Shown here piece by piece: positions 40,908 through 51,164 of a stretch of DNA of 64,000 bases. Both the position numbers and the translations under genes were made by a program. Position 1 is the stretch's first letter; every line of letters starts with the position of its first letter. The notes beneath the pieces were generated by a model that worked only from the letters and a program-made list of their open reading frames with translations, made no database searches and was not told the DNA's origin. Origin of the DNA: an uncultured bacterium (lineage in GTDB: Bacteria; JAJVIF01; JAPKYR01); the NCBI GenBank assembly GCA_965369865.1, contig CBDURU010000002.1:53331-117330 (forward strand), in the 5' to 3' direction.

Positions 40908-41074
40908 AGAACAAGCTTGCCGCCGTTTCAACTTGACAGGACCATTAACCAAATCTTCCCTCACAGGATAGTCATGAATATATACTGCTTGTTCACCTTA
41001 TTTAGTGTAAAATTGACGTTACCGATTATACCGATCAGATGTGCAACAAACTTCGGATTATAAGGAGATGGATC

Positions 41075-44000
41075 ATGTTCAGAAATCACACAGTATTTGT
41101 TGCCGCTATCCTGCTACTGGCTGTGTTAATTTGCGGATGCGGTAAGGACCCGACTTTACCGCCTGCGGGACCGGACCAGACATCCAAGGCTCAGGACACG
41201 CCAGCAGATGGGCAAAACCATACGCTGCTTGGCTTGTACAACATAGCAATCGATACGGGAACCTGGGAGATGGATGTCGTTCCGGTAAGGACAACCGACA
41301 TCCATTTGAACCTGACCGGTGTGATGAACAACACGGCGGGATTATCGATTGCTCTTGTGCTGCCTGAATGCGACTTTCCAACCGGCTTGATTGTATTCGA
41401 CATGACCCTTACTCACCCGATTGCCGATGCGCTCCAGTTCACTGCATTCGATATGAGGGGAATCATGATGACTCCCGGCTCACTGGTGGTTGACGATGTA
41501 ACATTTGCTGACTTCAATGAAACCCGGGTTGAAAATGCCGATGGTTACTCACGCTGGTGGAATCCCACTGAGTTTACTACCCAGGGGATTTTTGGTTATA
41601 CGATAGGAAGCATCGCGTATGGCCCGACCAGTGGGCTTACAGCCACTGTAAATCCATACAAGCTGTTTGCAGATATCCTCTATCCCAACAGCAACCTGGG
41701 TCTTGTGGGAGCCGAGCCTCTCGACAGCCCGCAGGGACGTGCGGTTTTCTCATCGGGTGAAGTTAATACCCGACGATATTCGATGAGATTCGAAATGAAT
41801 CCGGGTATCAATCTCCTTTATGGGTACGCAATAGACTGCTGCTGGGACATCCCGAATCCCAATCCTCCCTCAAATGTGCCGGCAGAATTCCCGTTTACCG
41901 CTAATAGCAATGAAGCTTTCAGGATCGCGTTTGCGAAAACGGTCAGCTCTCTTTATTTCGATTCTGAATCGGGTCTGAGTGGTGGGGTTCTTCGATTTAA
42001 CATTAATGTGCATGACTGGCAGGGTCTTGATACCGGGCTGATTCAAAATGAGATAGCGAGTATTAGTTTGAAATCACCCGACCTTCTCACCTCTGACTAT
42101 TCACCGGTTTTTGTTGAAGAAGATGGTTACAGGGCAATTTATACCGCTAACCTGACTGGGCTGGCGATCCCATCGAGAGCCGGACTCAACCAGATTATCT
42201 GCGAAGTGGTTTCATCGGATGGAACCACATACAAGCAGGCTGTTCCACCGGCGCCGGAAGTCCCGGTTTCCGCCTACAATGTGTTAGCACTGGATGTGAT
42301 CGACCCGGAATGTACTGCCGATACCAATAACGACTGGACTGAAGCCTCTCCAATCTCACCCGGGGAACCGATAATCGACCAGTTATGTATGACTACCGAT
42401 TATAAGGACTTCTATCAATTTACAATCGATCCGGGATATGAAATTACGGGCGATCTAAGGTTATTCATTGATGCTGAACCGACCAACCTTGGAATCTTCA
42501 TCGACGATCAGACGATGGTCGCGGAAGACAATGTGAGTTTTGGCGGGGCAACGATAAACCTTGACGATCTCGATCTCCTTCCAGGGAGTTACTATGTCAG
42601 GGTATGGACATCCAATGTTTCCGAGATTGCCCCATATTTACTGGAGATAGCAGGGGAAATTGTAAATGTGACACCTCTGAATCCAGTGGAAATTACTCCT
42701 GACGGGCTGTACTGTGATCCAATGAGTATTTATTATCACGAAAACAACCTGTATATGACAGGATATAGAGCTACCTGGGTATATGATGTGACTGATCCAT
42801 CCAATCCAACACAGATCAGTGAAACTCCGATAACTGTTACCACAGCCACGTGTTTCCAGTATCCATATTTGTATTACCTTGAAAACGCTCCAGGTATGGG
42901 TAATGAACAGGTGTCGATGATTGATTTCAGCGACCCTTCTGCACCAGTAGAACATGTGGCGGTAATAAGCTTTCCTCAGATGAACACATCCGGTATTCAA
43001 ATACATTCACCTTACCTGTATGTGGGAGCCGGTTCCGATGTCATCATCTATGATATCGGCACTACTCCAACATCTCCAGTCGAGGTGAATACTATTACAA
43101 TTACCGGGGAACCCCAGTTGCTGGAAGTCCTTGATCCGGATGGACCTAATACCAGGTTAATTGTGGGAACCTGGAACGATATTTTCAGTTTCAATATTGA
43201 AGATCCAATGTCAATTTCTGCTACAGGTTTTTATCATTTTAGCTCAGGGGCACCCAGGGACATTGAAATTCATGACGATTACATTATCGCATCGGCTAAC
43301 ATTTCGAGTGATGGCTGGCTGATTGTTTTTCAGCAATGGACATTTTCAATTGGGTTATTAGGATCTGAAGATATTCCCGGTGATGGCAGAAACCTTGAAT
43401 TCAACTGGCCCTATGCCTATATAGCCGAAGGGCTAGAGGGTATGACAATATGCGATCTGACAACAATGACCAGCCCATCGTACGTATCGACTACCGGATT
43501 GATCGGCTTTGGATACGATCTGGCAATAAATGAGAACTATGTTTACATCATTCCCTGGAATGCCGGAATGCAGGTTATCGACGTCAGCATTCCATTATCA
43601 CCATCACCGCTTGCAAGATTGCAGGTAATTAATTCGGCATATTCGATGGTCCTTAAGGATAACTACCTGATCATTGCTGAACTAGGCCAGGGAGGGTTCA
43701 GCGCGATAAAGGTGCTGGATATTTCCAATCAGCCAAATTTCACTTTTGCCTACGAAATGTACCCTGGATTCAGGCCAACCAATCTTGCAATCAACGGTAA
43801 CACACTTATTGCCGCCAGCCAGGACAAGAGCTGGGTAACCATGGATGTAACCAATCCGCAGAATATCATTCCCAAGAGCCAGACATTTGAAAGTGATTTC
43901 ATATATGAACTGGCCGTAATGGACAATACCGCATACATCTACGTAAGCATGGTGGGCTACCCGGTGAGAATTTACGATATCACAGACCTTTCGACGCCAA

Positions 44001-44500
44001 TTTATAAAAACACGATTGCCCTCGCCAATGGTGTCAGGGATTTCAATTTCGTTGATAATCTAATGTACATTGCGCAGGGGGCAAATATCGATATTTACTC
44101 TCTCACCAATCCATTTTTTCCCGCATTTGTCGACACATACTCTTTTAATCCAACCGGTTACTCAGATACTGAAATCAGGAATAATTTTCTTTATCTTGTT
44201 GGTCAGAACTTCCTTGAGATAGCGGATATCAGCACCCCCACCGCACCTTTGTTTTTAGGATCTACAGCTCTGCCAGACCAAAATAACATGTTCTGGTACA
44301 TCGCGGTTGAGGGGCAATTTGCATATGTTGACGGGCCGATGGAGAAACTCTATTCGTGCCGGGTGTACCCGCCTGACAGTCCAGAAGTCCTTGGTGATTT
44401 CTATGATGAAGTAACTCACAGTGGACGCGGTTTAATCGTACACGAGGGAATATTGTATGAATCCGGAACCGGCGGACTGCACATTTATGATCTTTATTGA
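41075..44500 (+). CDS. Large surface lipoprotein with C-terminal LVIVD-type repeats
   Basis: AAGGAG then ATG 41075; 'LICGC' lipobox; PPC-like 'DYKDFYQF...GSYYVRV' segment; repeated 'YD.T.P..P' and 'MQVIDVS.P..P' units. Confidence 0.8.
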   Translation: MFRNHTVFVAAILLLAVLICGCGKDPTLPPAGPDQTSKAQDTPADGQNHTLLGLYNIAIDTGTWEMDVVPVRTTDIHLNLTGVMNNTAGLSIALVLPECDFPTGLIVFDMTLTHPIADALQFTAFDMRGIMMTPGSLVVDDVTFADFNETRVENADGYSRWWNPTEFTTQGIFGYTIGSIAYGPTSGLTATVNPYKLFADILYPNSNLGLVGAEPLDSPQGRAVFSSGEVNTRRYSMRFEMNPGINLLYGYAIDCCWDIPNPNPPSNVPAEFPFTANSNEAFRIAFAKTVSSLYFDSESGLSGGVLRFNINVHDWQGLDTGLIQNEIASISLKSPDLLTSDYSPVFVEEDGYRAIYTANLTGLAIPSRAGLNQIICEVVSSDGTTYKQAVPPAPEVPVSAYNVLALDVIDPECTADTNNDWTEASPISPGEPIIDQLCMTTDYKDFYQFTIDPGYEITGDLRLFIDAEPTNLGIFIDDQTMVAEDNVSFGGATINLDDLDLLPGSYYVRVWTSNVSEIAPYLLEIAGEIVNVTPLNPVEITPDGLYCDPMSIYYHENNLYMTGYRATWVYDVTDPSNPTQISETPITVTTATCFQYPYLYYLENAPGMGNEQVSMIDFSDPSAPVEHVAVISFPQMNTSGIQIHSPYLYVGAGSDVIIYDIGTTPTSPVEVNTITITGEPQLLEVLDPDGPNTRLIVGTWNDIFSFNIEDPMSISATGFYHFSSGAPRDIEIHDDYIIASANISSDGWLIVFQQWTFSIGLLGSEDIPGDGRNLEFNWPYAYIAEGLEGMTICDLTTMTSPSYVSTTGLIGFGYDLAINENYVYIIPWNAGMQVIDVSIPLSPSPLARLQVINSAYSMVLKDNYLIIAELGQGGFSAIKVLDISNQPNFTFAYEMYPGFRPTNLAINGNTLIAASQDKSWVTMDVTNPQNIIPKSQTFESDFIYELAVMDNTAYIYVSMVGYPVRIYDITDLSTPIYKNTIALANGVRDFNFVDNLMYIAQGANIDIYSLTNPFFPAFVDTYSFNPTGYSDTEIRNNFLYLVGQNFLEIADISTPTAPLFLGSTALPDQNNMFWYIAVEGQFAYVDGPMEKLYSCRVYPPDSPEVLGDFYDEVTHSGRGLIVHEGILYESGTGGLHIYDLY

Positions 44501-44634
44501 GAATCCAATAACCTGAAAATGGATGGGTGCCTCCCGATTTATTTATAGCACTTTAAAAAAATCGATTATGTTTCTTGCTCAATTGGAGTCTAACGTGTAG
44601 GATTCCCTTTTTTTGAATTGGAGTTTATTAATTT

Positions 44635-45714
44635 ATGAGAGTTGGAATAACAGGACTCGGACAAAGTGGAAAATCTTCGCTCTTTCACACCCTGTCCGAA
44701 CAGGCCCCAGATGCACCATCGGGAAAACCCCACCGGAGACTCGGGCGTGCTCTCGTTCCGGATGAACGTGTTGAATATATCGCTCAAAATGAGAATGCCG
44801 AGAAAAAAACTTACGCAATTGTTAATTTTCTCGATCCCGATGGCTTTCCTCCAGAGTCAGGGAAAAGCCTGAATGCCGAACTACTGGCCATGGTCAGGGG
44901 ATGTGACCTGATCGCTCTGGTTATAAGGGCGTTTAAATCGCCATCGATAATGCATCCCCTTGGGTCGATTGACCCCATGAGAGATTTAAACAACTGTTTC
45001 AGTGACCTGGTCATCCAGGATCTCGCAGTACTTGAGGGGCGTTTTGAAAGGACGAGTAGATCGTATAACGGGGGCGATAAGGACCTGAAACCGGAATTCG
45101 ATACACTCGAAAAAGCAATCGCCAGTCTTGGGGATGATATGTTCCTGAGCCAGATTGAATGGTCGAAGCAGGAGACGGAAATTTTATCACGGTTTGAACC
45201 CCTGACACTTAAGTCCGGAATTGTAGTTTTGAATGTTGATGAGGATGCTGCATTCGGGAGAGGCGGTGTCGGTGTTCCACCCGATGTGAAGCAGTTATGT
45301 GAAAGTCGGGGATGGGGAGTCGGCGCAGTCCGTTTGTCTATTGAATCGGAAGTCATGGAAATTAATCTGGATGAACGAAAAAATTTCAGCCGGGAACTTG
45401 GGATCGCTGAGACTGTTCGTGACAGGTTTCTGGTTGCAGTTTATGAACGTCTTGGATTGTTGTCGTATTACACAGCCGGTCCGAAAGAAGCTGCAGCGAG
45501 GGCGATCCGTCGGGGAGACACTGCCTGGGACGCTGCTGGAAAAATTCACTCAGATATCCAGAGAGGATTTATCCGGGCCGAGGTAATGAGTTTCGATGAC
45601 TACAAAGAACATGGCAGTGAGGAAGAGGTCAAAAAGGCAGGGAAATACCGGGTAGAGAAAAAGGAATACGTGGTCCGGGAAGGCGATATTTTCTTTTTCC
45701 GATTTAACGTGTAA
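44635..45714 (+). CDS. ychF: Divergent YchF/OLA1-family ATPase
   Basis: P-loop GLGQSGKS, 'NVDE', TGS 'AAGKIHSDIQRGFIRAEV', C-terminal 'FRFNV'. Confidence 0.85.
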   Translation: MRVGITGLGQSGKSSLFHTLSEQAPDAPSGKPHRRLGRALVPDERVEYIAQNENAEKKTYAIVNFLDPDGFPPESGKSLNAELLAMVRGCDLIALVIRAFKSPSIMHPLGSIDPMRDLNNCFSDLVIQDLAVLEGRFERTSRSYNGGDKDLKPEFDTLEKAIASLGDDMFLSQIEWSKQETEILSRFEPLTLKSGIVVLNVDEDAAFGRGGVGVPPDVKQLCESRGWGVGAVRLSIESEVMEINLDERKNFSRELGIAETVRDRFLVAVYERLGLLSYYTAGPKEAAARAIRRGDTAWDAAGKIHSDIQRGFIRAEVMSFDDYKEHGSEEEVKKAGKYRVEKKEYVVREGDIFFFRFNV

Positions 45715-45891
45715 TAAAGAGTGTTATTCCTGATCTCCCCCTGTGATCATGTTTTATCCCATAATTCTGCCTCGTAACTTGACTTAACATTTGTTTTGAA
45801 ATTTTACCTCGTCCCCTGGATTTTCGGATTACCAAAGTAACAACCTTCGAGCCATGTTTCATGATGCCGTAAAAACAATTATAATCTCCTC

Positions 45892-48800
45892 ATGCCATTG
45901 GAGCTCGATAACGCTCAACGTGAAGCAGTGGAATCTCCTGAACGGGCGGTAATGGTGGTCGCCGGACCAGGCACTGGAAAAACCAGGGTGCTTTCATCAC
46001 GCGTTCGCTGGTTGACGGAATACCAGGGCGTCGATCCATCAAAAATCCTCGCGATAACATACACCAACCGCGCTGCCGCTGAAATGCGAAGCAGGCTCCT
46101 GCCTCGTAAGCTCGAGACAGTAAAAGCCAGCGCTCCTGAATCCGGTAAGAGTGATTTAGAAAATCCTATTTCACCGGCATCGGAAGTCACGGTGGCTACT
46201 TTCCATGCATGGGCTTACAGGCTTGTTAGAAAGTACCACAGGGCGCTCGGGTTCAATCGTGAGCCCGTGATTTTCGATGATGATGCTAAGGAGCAGGTCC
46301 TCCGCAAAATCCTTGCCGAGAGGCGTATCCCCGAAGAAGCTGCTCCTGTCCGGCACTTAAAGCAACACCTCGATCGGGTAAAATCAGAGGTCGCCTGTCC
46401 GTTGATGGATATCCGCTACGATCCCGAACATTTTGAAACATTGATGGACATATTCCGGAGTTACCAGCAGGAACTTGATTTGAGGGGTGTACTGGATTTC
46501 TCGGACATATTGCTGACGGCTTTGCGGTTGCTTTATTTACACCCGGACATTCGTGAGGAAATTACCGGTTCGATCGAGCACCTGCTGATCGATGAATTTC
46601 AGGATATTAACTCGGCACAGTACCGGATTGTTGACGCTTTGGAGCACCCGGGCCTTAGCCTTTTCGCTGTCGGTGACGAGGACCAGACAATTTACGCGTT
46701 CCGTGGATCGTCGGGAGTATTTATCGACCGGTTTGTAGCCGATTTCGGAGCGGCATTGATTCCTCTTGGATCGAGTTACCGGTGTGATGCCGGGATCCTG
46801 TACGCGGCTGGATCGCTGATATCGAACAATGGCAGATTTTACCAGCGGGCGCCGAATCCTCCAGATGATCTCCGTGAAAAACCGCCCATCGGGGTGTTTG
46901 AAGTCGAGGATGAAGAGGAAGAAGCAAAAATTGCATCGAAGCTCATTAAAAGCTGGATTAATGCTGGATGTGAATACCGTGAAATCGCAATCCTGTACAG
47001 GGTGCACTACATCGCAGATGCATGTGAAAGCATACTTATCGACAGCGGCATACCAACGCTAAGGTTGCTGCCCGAGCGTCAGAAGAATTTAATCCCGGGT
47101 GATCCTCTTCCCCTTTTAAAACTGGCGGTAATCGACACTGAATGGGACTGGGACCGTGCGCTTGGCCTTCCCAGGGACCGTCTCGGGGAGCTCGATGACC
47201 TCCGTATAAGGCTTGCCGCCAGAAAAGATGACGCTCCCCTGTACCGGTTATTAAATCAACCGTCCAAATTCAAACATATGAGCGCGCTGGCGCGTTCTCA
47301 ACTTGCCGGGTTGAATAAATTTGTGCGAAAGCTGAGGAACCGGGCCGACAAGGACGCCCCATCGGAACTACTGAATCTTGCGGTCAAACATCTGGATGAA
47401 AACAGGTCGCCCTGGAATAAGGCTGAGGACGAATGGCTCGCGAATGAAATATCCATAATGCAGGGATTCGAAAAAATTTCACCTGGGGTAATTCTTGATG
47501 AGTGGCATGCGAGCGATGATGGAATCCGGATTTTTCACGGTCCGACCATCACAGCGTACCTGGCGGCAAAAATCCTCATGGATTTGTGTGAGGAGATACT
47601 TGGGATTGAAGCTGAACGAATACCGGTACCTTTCGATCGGGCTGAGATCGGTTCGAGTTATATTGATTCCAGGCCCGGAGTCATTATCGGTTTAAATTCT
47701 TCACCAGATATTTTCTACCCGCCAGAGACACTCCTTCCACGCGCGACATACATAACAGGTGAGGGTGTTTCCGATCACCAGCCTGAAAATCCCGTAATGG
47801 AAGAAAATGTCTTGCTGGTTCTTGCTTCATTGAATTTCAGTTCAAAGCTCGCCGGATATCGTCCGGGTGGCGGTGAGGATGAAATCCTGGTCTTTTTCGA
47901 CCTTGAGACAACCGGAACGGATATTTTTCGTTCCGAGATCGTTGAAATCGCCGCGGTGAAAGTTCACTTGAAGGGAGATGACATAAGGGAACTGGGGCAT
48001 TTTCACAGTCTTATTAGACCAAACAAGCCTGTTCCAGCATCAGCCCAGGCGATACACGGGATTTCAGACGACGATGTCCGCGATGCTCCTCACGCAACGG
48101 AAATAATTCCTGGATTCCTTGATTTCATCGGAGACGCTCCGCTTGCCGGCCATAATATCGATTCTTTCGACCTTCCGATTTTGAAACGCTATGCAGGGGA
48201 GCTTCTCAACCGCGTCGTGCAGAATCTCACACTCGATACACTTCCGTTATCACGTCGATTGTTTCCGGATGAACCCCACCGGCTGACAGTGCTTGCGGAG
48301 AAATTCGGGATCGATACCGGCACCGCCCACCGTGCCCTGGATGATGTCCGGACAAATATCGAGGTATTCAGGAAATTGACGGAGATCGATGAATCGTTCC
48401 GGGCGAGGGGTTTCCTTTCAGACCTCCCCTTGATATTGGCCCTGGCACATGCAGTGGATGATAACCGGGAATCGGACCCTGTATTTATCAACCAGGCTGC
48501 GATCCGGAGGTTTACCGCATATGACGGCGAGATTGAAAAACATCCATTTATCGAAACAATCAAGGACGACCTTACACCCGGTGGATTGAAAAATATCATT
48601 GGGATACTGAAAACACTGGCACGGTCCATTATCCTGGAGACGCCGGGTAATCCTTTACTGACCGGGAGAATCGAAATGCTGCGGGAGGAAGCGTTACGTC
48701 TTGAAGATGAGCATCCGGAAATCATGCTTGGGGAGTATCTCGGACATATTGCCCTTCTCACCGATGGGGATTTCGAATCCGACGAGGATGCTGTCAGGAT

Positions 48801-49086
48801 GATGACGCTTCATGCAGCGAAGGGCCTTGAATTCGACAGGGTGATTATCATCGGTATGGAACAGGGTAATCTTCCGCACCGCCTGGCAATGAATAAGACA
48901 GTATTGGAAATTGAGGAAGAAAGAAGGCTGTTATACGTGGGGCTTACACGTGCAAGGAAACGGGCTGCTTTAGTCTATGCCCGGCGCAGGAACGGCCGCT
49001 GGAGAGGGCAGTCAATGTTTCTGCATGAGCTTCCACGGCGATCTTATAAGCGTTTCAGGACAAAAGACCGGATCTCAGGAAAATAG
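45892..49086 (+). CDS. UvrD/PcrA-family helicase with an inserted DEDDh 3'-5' exonuclease domain
   Basis: SF1A motifs AGPGTGKT, DEFQD, VGDEDQTIYAFRG, TLHAAKGLEF, YVGLTRA. Exonuclease motifs DLETTG, HNIDSFD, HRALDD. Confidence 0.9.
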   Translation: MPLELDNAQREAVESPERAVMVVAGPGTGKTRVLSSRVRWLTEYQGVDPSKILAITYTNRAAAEMRSRLLPRKLETVKASAPESGKSDLENPISPASEVTVATFHAWAYRLVRKYHRALGFNREPVIFDDDAKEQVLRKILAERRIPEEAAPVRHLKQHLDRVKSEVACPLMDIRYDPEHFETLMDIFRSYQQELDLRGVLDFSDILLTALRLLYLHPDIREEITGSIEHLLIDEFQDINSAQYRIVDALEHPGLSLFAVGDEDQTIYAFRGSSGVFIDRFVADFGAALIPLGSSYRCDAGILYAAGSLISNNGRFYQRAPNPPDDLREKPPIGVFEVEDEEEEAKIASKLIKSWINAGCEYREIAILYRVHYIADACESILIDSGIPTLRLLPERQKNLIPGDPLPLLKLAVIDTEWDWDRALGLPRDRLGELDDLRIRLAARKDDAPLYRLLNQPSKFKHMSALARSQLAGLNKFVRKLRNRADKDAPSELLNLAVKHLDENRSPWNKAEDEWLANEISIMQGFEKISPGVILDEWHASDDGIRIFHGPTITAYLAAKILMDLCEEILGIEAERIPVPFDRAEIGSSYIDSRPGVIIGLNSSPDIFYPPETLLPRATYITGEGVSDHQPENPVMEENVLLVLASLNFSSKLAGYRPGGGEDEILVFFDLETTGTDIFRSEIVEIAAVKVHLKGDDIRELGHFHSLIRPNKPVPASAQAIHGISDDDVRDAPHATEIIPGFLDFIGDAPLAGHNIDSFDLPILKRYAGELLNRVVQNLTLDTLPLSRRLFPDEPHRLTVLAEKFGIDTGTAHRALDDVRTNIEVFRKLTEIDESFRARGFLSDLPLILALAHAVDDNRESDPVFINQAAIRRFTAYDGEIEKHPFIETIKDDLTPGGLKNIIGILKTLARSIILETPGNPLLTGRIEMLREEALRLEDEHPEIMLGEYLGHIALLTDGDFESDEDAVRMMTLHAAKGLEFDRVIIIGMEQGNLPHRLAMNKTVLEIEEERRLLYVGLTRARKRAALVYARRRNGRWRGQSMFLHELPRRSYKRFRTKDRISGK

Positions 49087-49096
49087 GATTTTATAT

Positions 49097-49157
49097 TTGT
49101 GACATAATTCACTTTTATGTGTAATCCGGGGCAGGTAATTCTTAATTTTGTTATAAT
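49097..49157 (+). promoter_or_regulatory. Rex/CRP-like palindrome and extended -10 upstream of gatC
   Basis: TTGTGACATAATTCACTT (49097-49114); TGTTATAAT (49149-49157). Confidence 0.5.
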
Positions 49158-49265
49158 ACCCCGACTGCATTTTTGTATCGTCGAATCTTGGTTTTTAGCC
49201 CAATCCTGGTAAATTCGCCAGGATGCTGTTGTGCGCTGGTTAAATAATGTCTGGGTTTGTTGACC

Positions 49266-49604
49266 ATGGATAAAAGAAAAGAGATCGTTCATCCAGGTGA
49301 AATTACCAATGACGTTCTTCAGAATGTGATTGTTCTCGCAAGGCTGGATCCAATTGGTCCATCCATGACACTGCAGAAAGAACACCTGAAAAAAATCCTC
49401 GATCATTTCAGTGTTCTCGCCCAGGTTGATGTTTCGAACCTGGACCCGACAATCCATGTGAATCCGGCAAAGTTGCCGTTACGTGAGGACATTGCTGTGG
49501 ATTTTCTATCCCTGGATGAAGCGTTGGCTAATTCCCGTCTAAGAACCCAGGAATTTTTCCAGGTCCCGAAAATCCTTGAGCCTGAGGAATCGGAAAAACG
49601 TTGA
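49266..49604 (+). CDS. gatC: Asp/Glu-tRNA amidotransferase subunit C
   Basis: 'LARL...ILDHFSVLAQVDVSNLDPT...LRED...FFQVPKIL'; upstream of gatA. Confidence 0.9.
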   Translation: MDKRKEIVHPGEITNDVLQNVIVLARLDPIGPSMTLQKEHLKKILDHFSVLAQVDVSNLDPTIHVNPAKLPLREDIAVDFLSLDEALANSRLRTQEFFQVPKILEPEESEKR

Positions 49605-49617
49605 TTGTTTAAAGATC

Positions 49618-51138
49618 ATGAAAGGATTCAATGAATTATCAATTGAGAAGCTGAAAGCTGAACTCGATGCAGGCAAAATCAGCCCGCGCGAGCTCATCCG
49701 GAAGATAAAAAAACGGGTAGATTCTATCGAGCCAAAGCTCCATGCCCTTAACCGGGAAACTTTCGAACACGCATTCAACGATATTGATATTTCCGGGTCG
49801 GTTATTCAGCCGTTCAGGGGAATCCCTTACATCCAGAAGGACAACATCTGCACGACCGGTATCCCGACAAACTGCTCGAGTAAAATTCTTGATGGGTTTG
49901 TCCCTCCCTACACCGCAACCGCCGACAGCCGTCCAACTGAAGCCGGGTTCAGCCTTATTGGAAAAGCCAACATGGATGAATTCGCGATGGGATCGAGCAC
50001 TGAATATTCTGCATGGGGTCCCACATTCAACCCATTCGACACTTCAAGGGTGCCGGGCGGCTCATCCGGCGGATGTGCAGCGGCGGTAGCGGCAGGTTAT
50101 GCGCCACTGGCATTCGGTACCGATACAGGCGGAAGTGTTCGTCAACCCGCGGCCTTCTGCGGGAATGTCGGCCTTCGCCCAACATACGGCCGTGTATCCC
50201 GCTGGGGACTTGTCGCGTACGCGTCGTCACTCGATCAGATTGGACCGATCACATCCACTGTCAGGGACTCCGCACACGCGCTTTCAATCATTGAAGGACC
50301 CGACTCTCGCGACAGCACTCTTGTTGACATTCCAAAGGAAGATTATTTAAAAACAATAGAGAACGGCATCGAGGAAATGACCATCGGAGTCCTGGATGCC
50401 AGTAATGCGGACTGGGTAGACGACAGGGTTAAAACGGTATTCGATCAGAATGTGGAATGGTTTAAGGGTCACGCGAAGGAAGTAAGGGAAGTGAAAATTG
50501 AATCCTTCGATCTGCTTCTAGCGGCTTATTACATAATTGCACTGTCCGAAGCTTCGAGCAACCTGGCGCGTTACGACGGGATACGGTACGGCCCAAGCGT
50601 TGATTTCGCCGGTGATGGCAGGGACGTCGATGAAAATACAGCCTCGGACCTTCTTGACTATTACAGAAAAAATCGTAGCCAGGGATTCGGATCGGAAGTC
50701 ACACGGCGAATATTGATCGGCACCTTTGCCCTTTCCGCCGGGCATTACGAATCCTATTACCTCCGTGCCCAGAAAGTCAGGACACGGGTTTGTGCTGAAC
50801 TGGGTGAACTCTGGCGGAATTGTGATGTGATAATCAATCCAACATCACCGACACCGCCATTTAAGCTCGGCTCTGCGCTGGATGATCCGATGGACATGTA
50901 CAAAGCCGACCGTTTTGTTTTGCTGCAGTCGATGGCGGGAGTTCCCGGGATTTCGATAAACGGCGGCTGGACCGATTTGGATGACGATAATTCTACAAAA
51001 CTGGTCAAATCCAGAGAGAAAAACTTTTTTGGGAAGCCTGTAAAGATGCTTCCGATTGGTTTACATATCACGGCTCCCGCGTTCGCCGAATCAAAGCTTT
51101 TCCAGGCTGCACGGGCGTTTGAAAGGGAGCATAGCTAG
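49618..51138 (+). CDS. gatA: Asp/Glu-tRNA amidotransferase subunit A
   Basis: 'KDNI', 'NMDEFAMGSSTE', 'PGGSSGG', 'DTGGSVRQPA', 'SSNLARYDGIRYG'. Confidence 0.97.
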   Translation: MKGFNELSIEKLKAELDAGKISPRELIRKIKKRVDSIEPKLHALNRETFEHAFNDIDISGSVIQPFRGIPYIQKDNICTTGIPTNCSSKILDGFVPPYTATADSRPTEAGFSLIGKANMDEFAMGSSTEYSAWGPTFNPFDTSRVPGGSSGGCAAAVAAGYAPLAFGTDTGGSVRQPAAFCGNVGLRPTYGRVSRWGLVAYASSLDQIGPITSTVRDSAHALSIIEGPDSRDSTLVDIPKEDYLKTIENGIEEMTIGVLDASNADWVDDRVKTVFDQNVEWFKGHAKEVREVKIESFDLLLAAYYIIALSEASSNLARYDGIRYGPSVDFAGDGRDVDENTASDLLDYYRKNRSQGFGSEVTRRILIGTFALSAGHYESYYLRAQKVRTRVCAELGELWRNCDVIINPTSPTPPFKLGSALDDPMDMYKADRFVLLQSMAGVPGISINGGWTDLDDDNSTKLVKSREKNFFGKPVKMLPIGLHITAPAFAESKLFQAARAFEREHS

Positions 51139-51164
51139 TTAATCCCGACAGGGATACCAGTGAG

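Noticed and set aside
38835..40950. Integron cassette array
   Set aside because: The repeats are inverted around the genes rather than one directly oriented attC per gene. I saw no convincing RYYYAAC...GTTRRRY sites and no integrase in the window.
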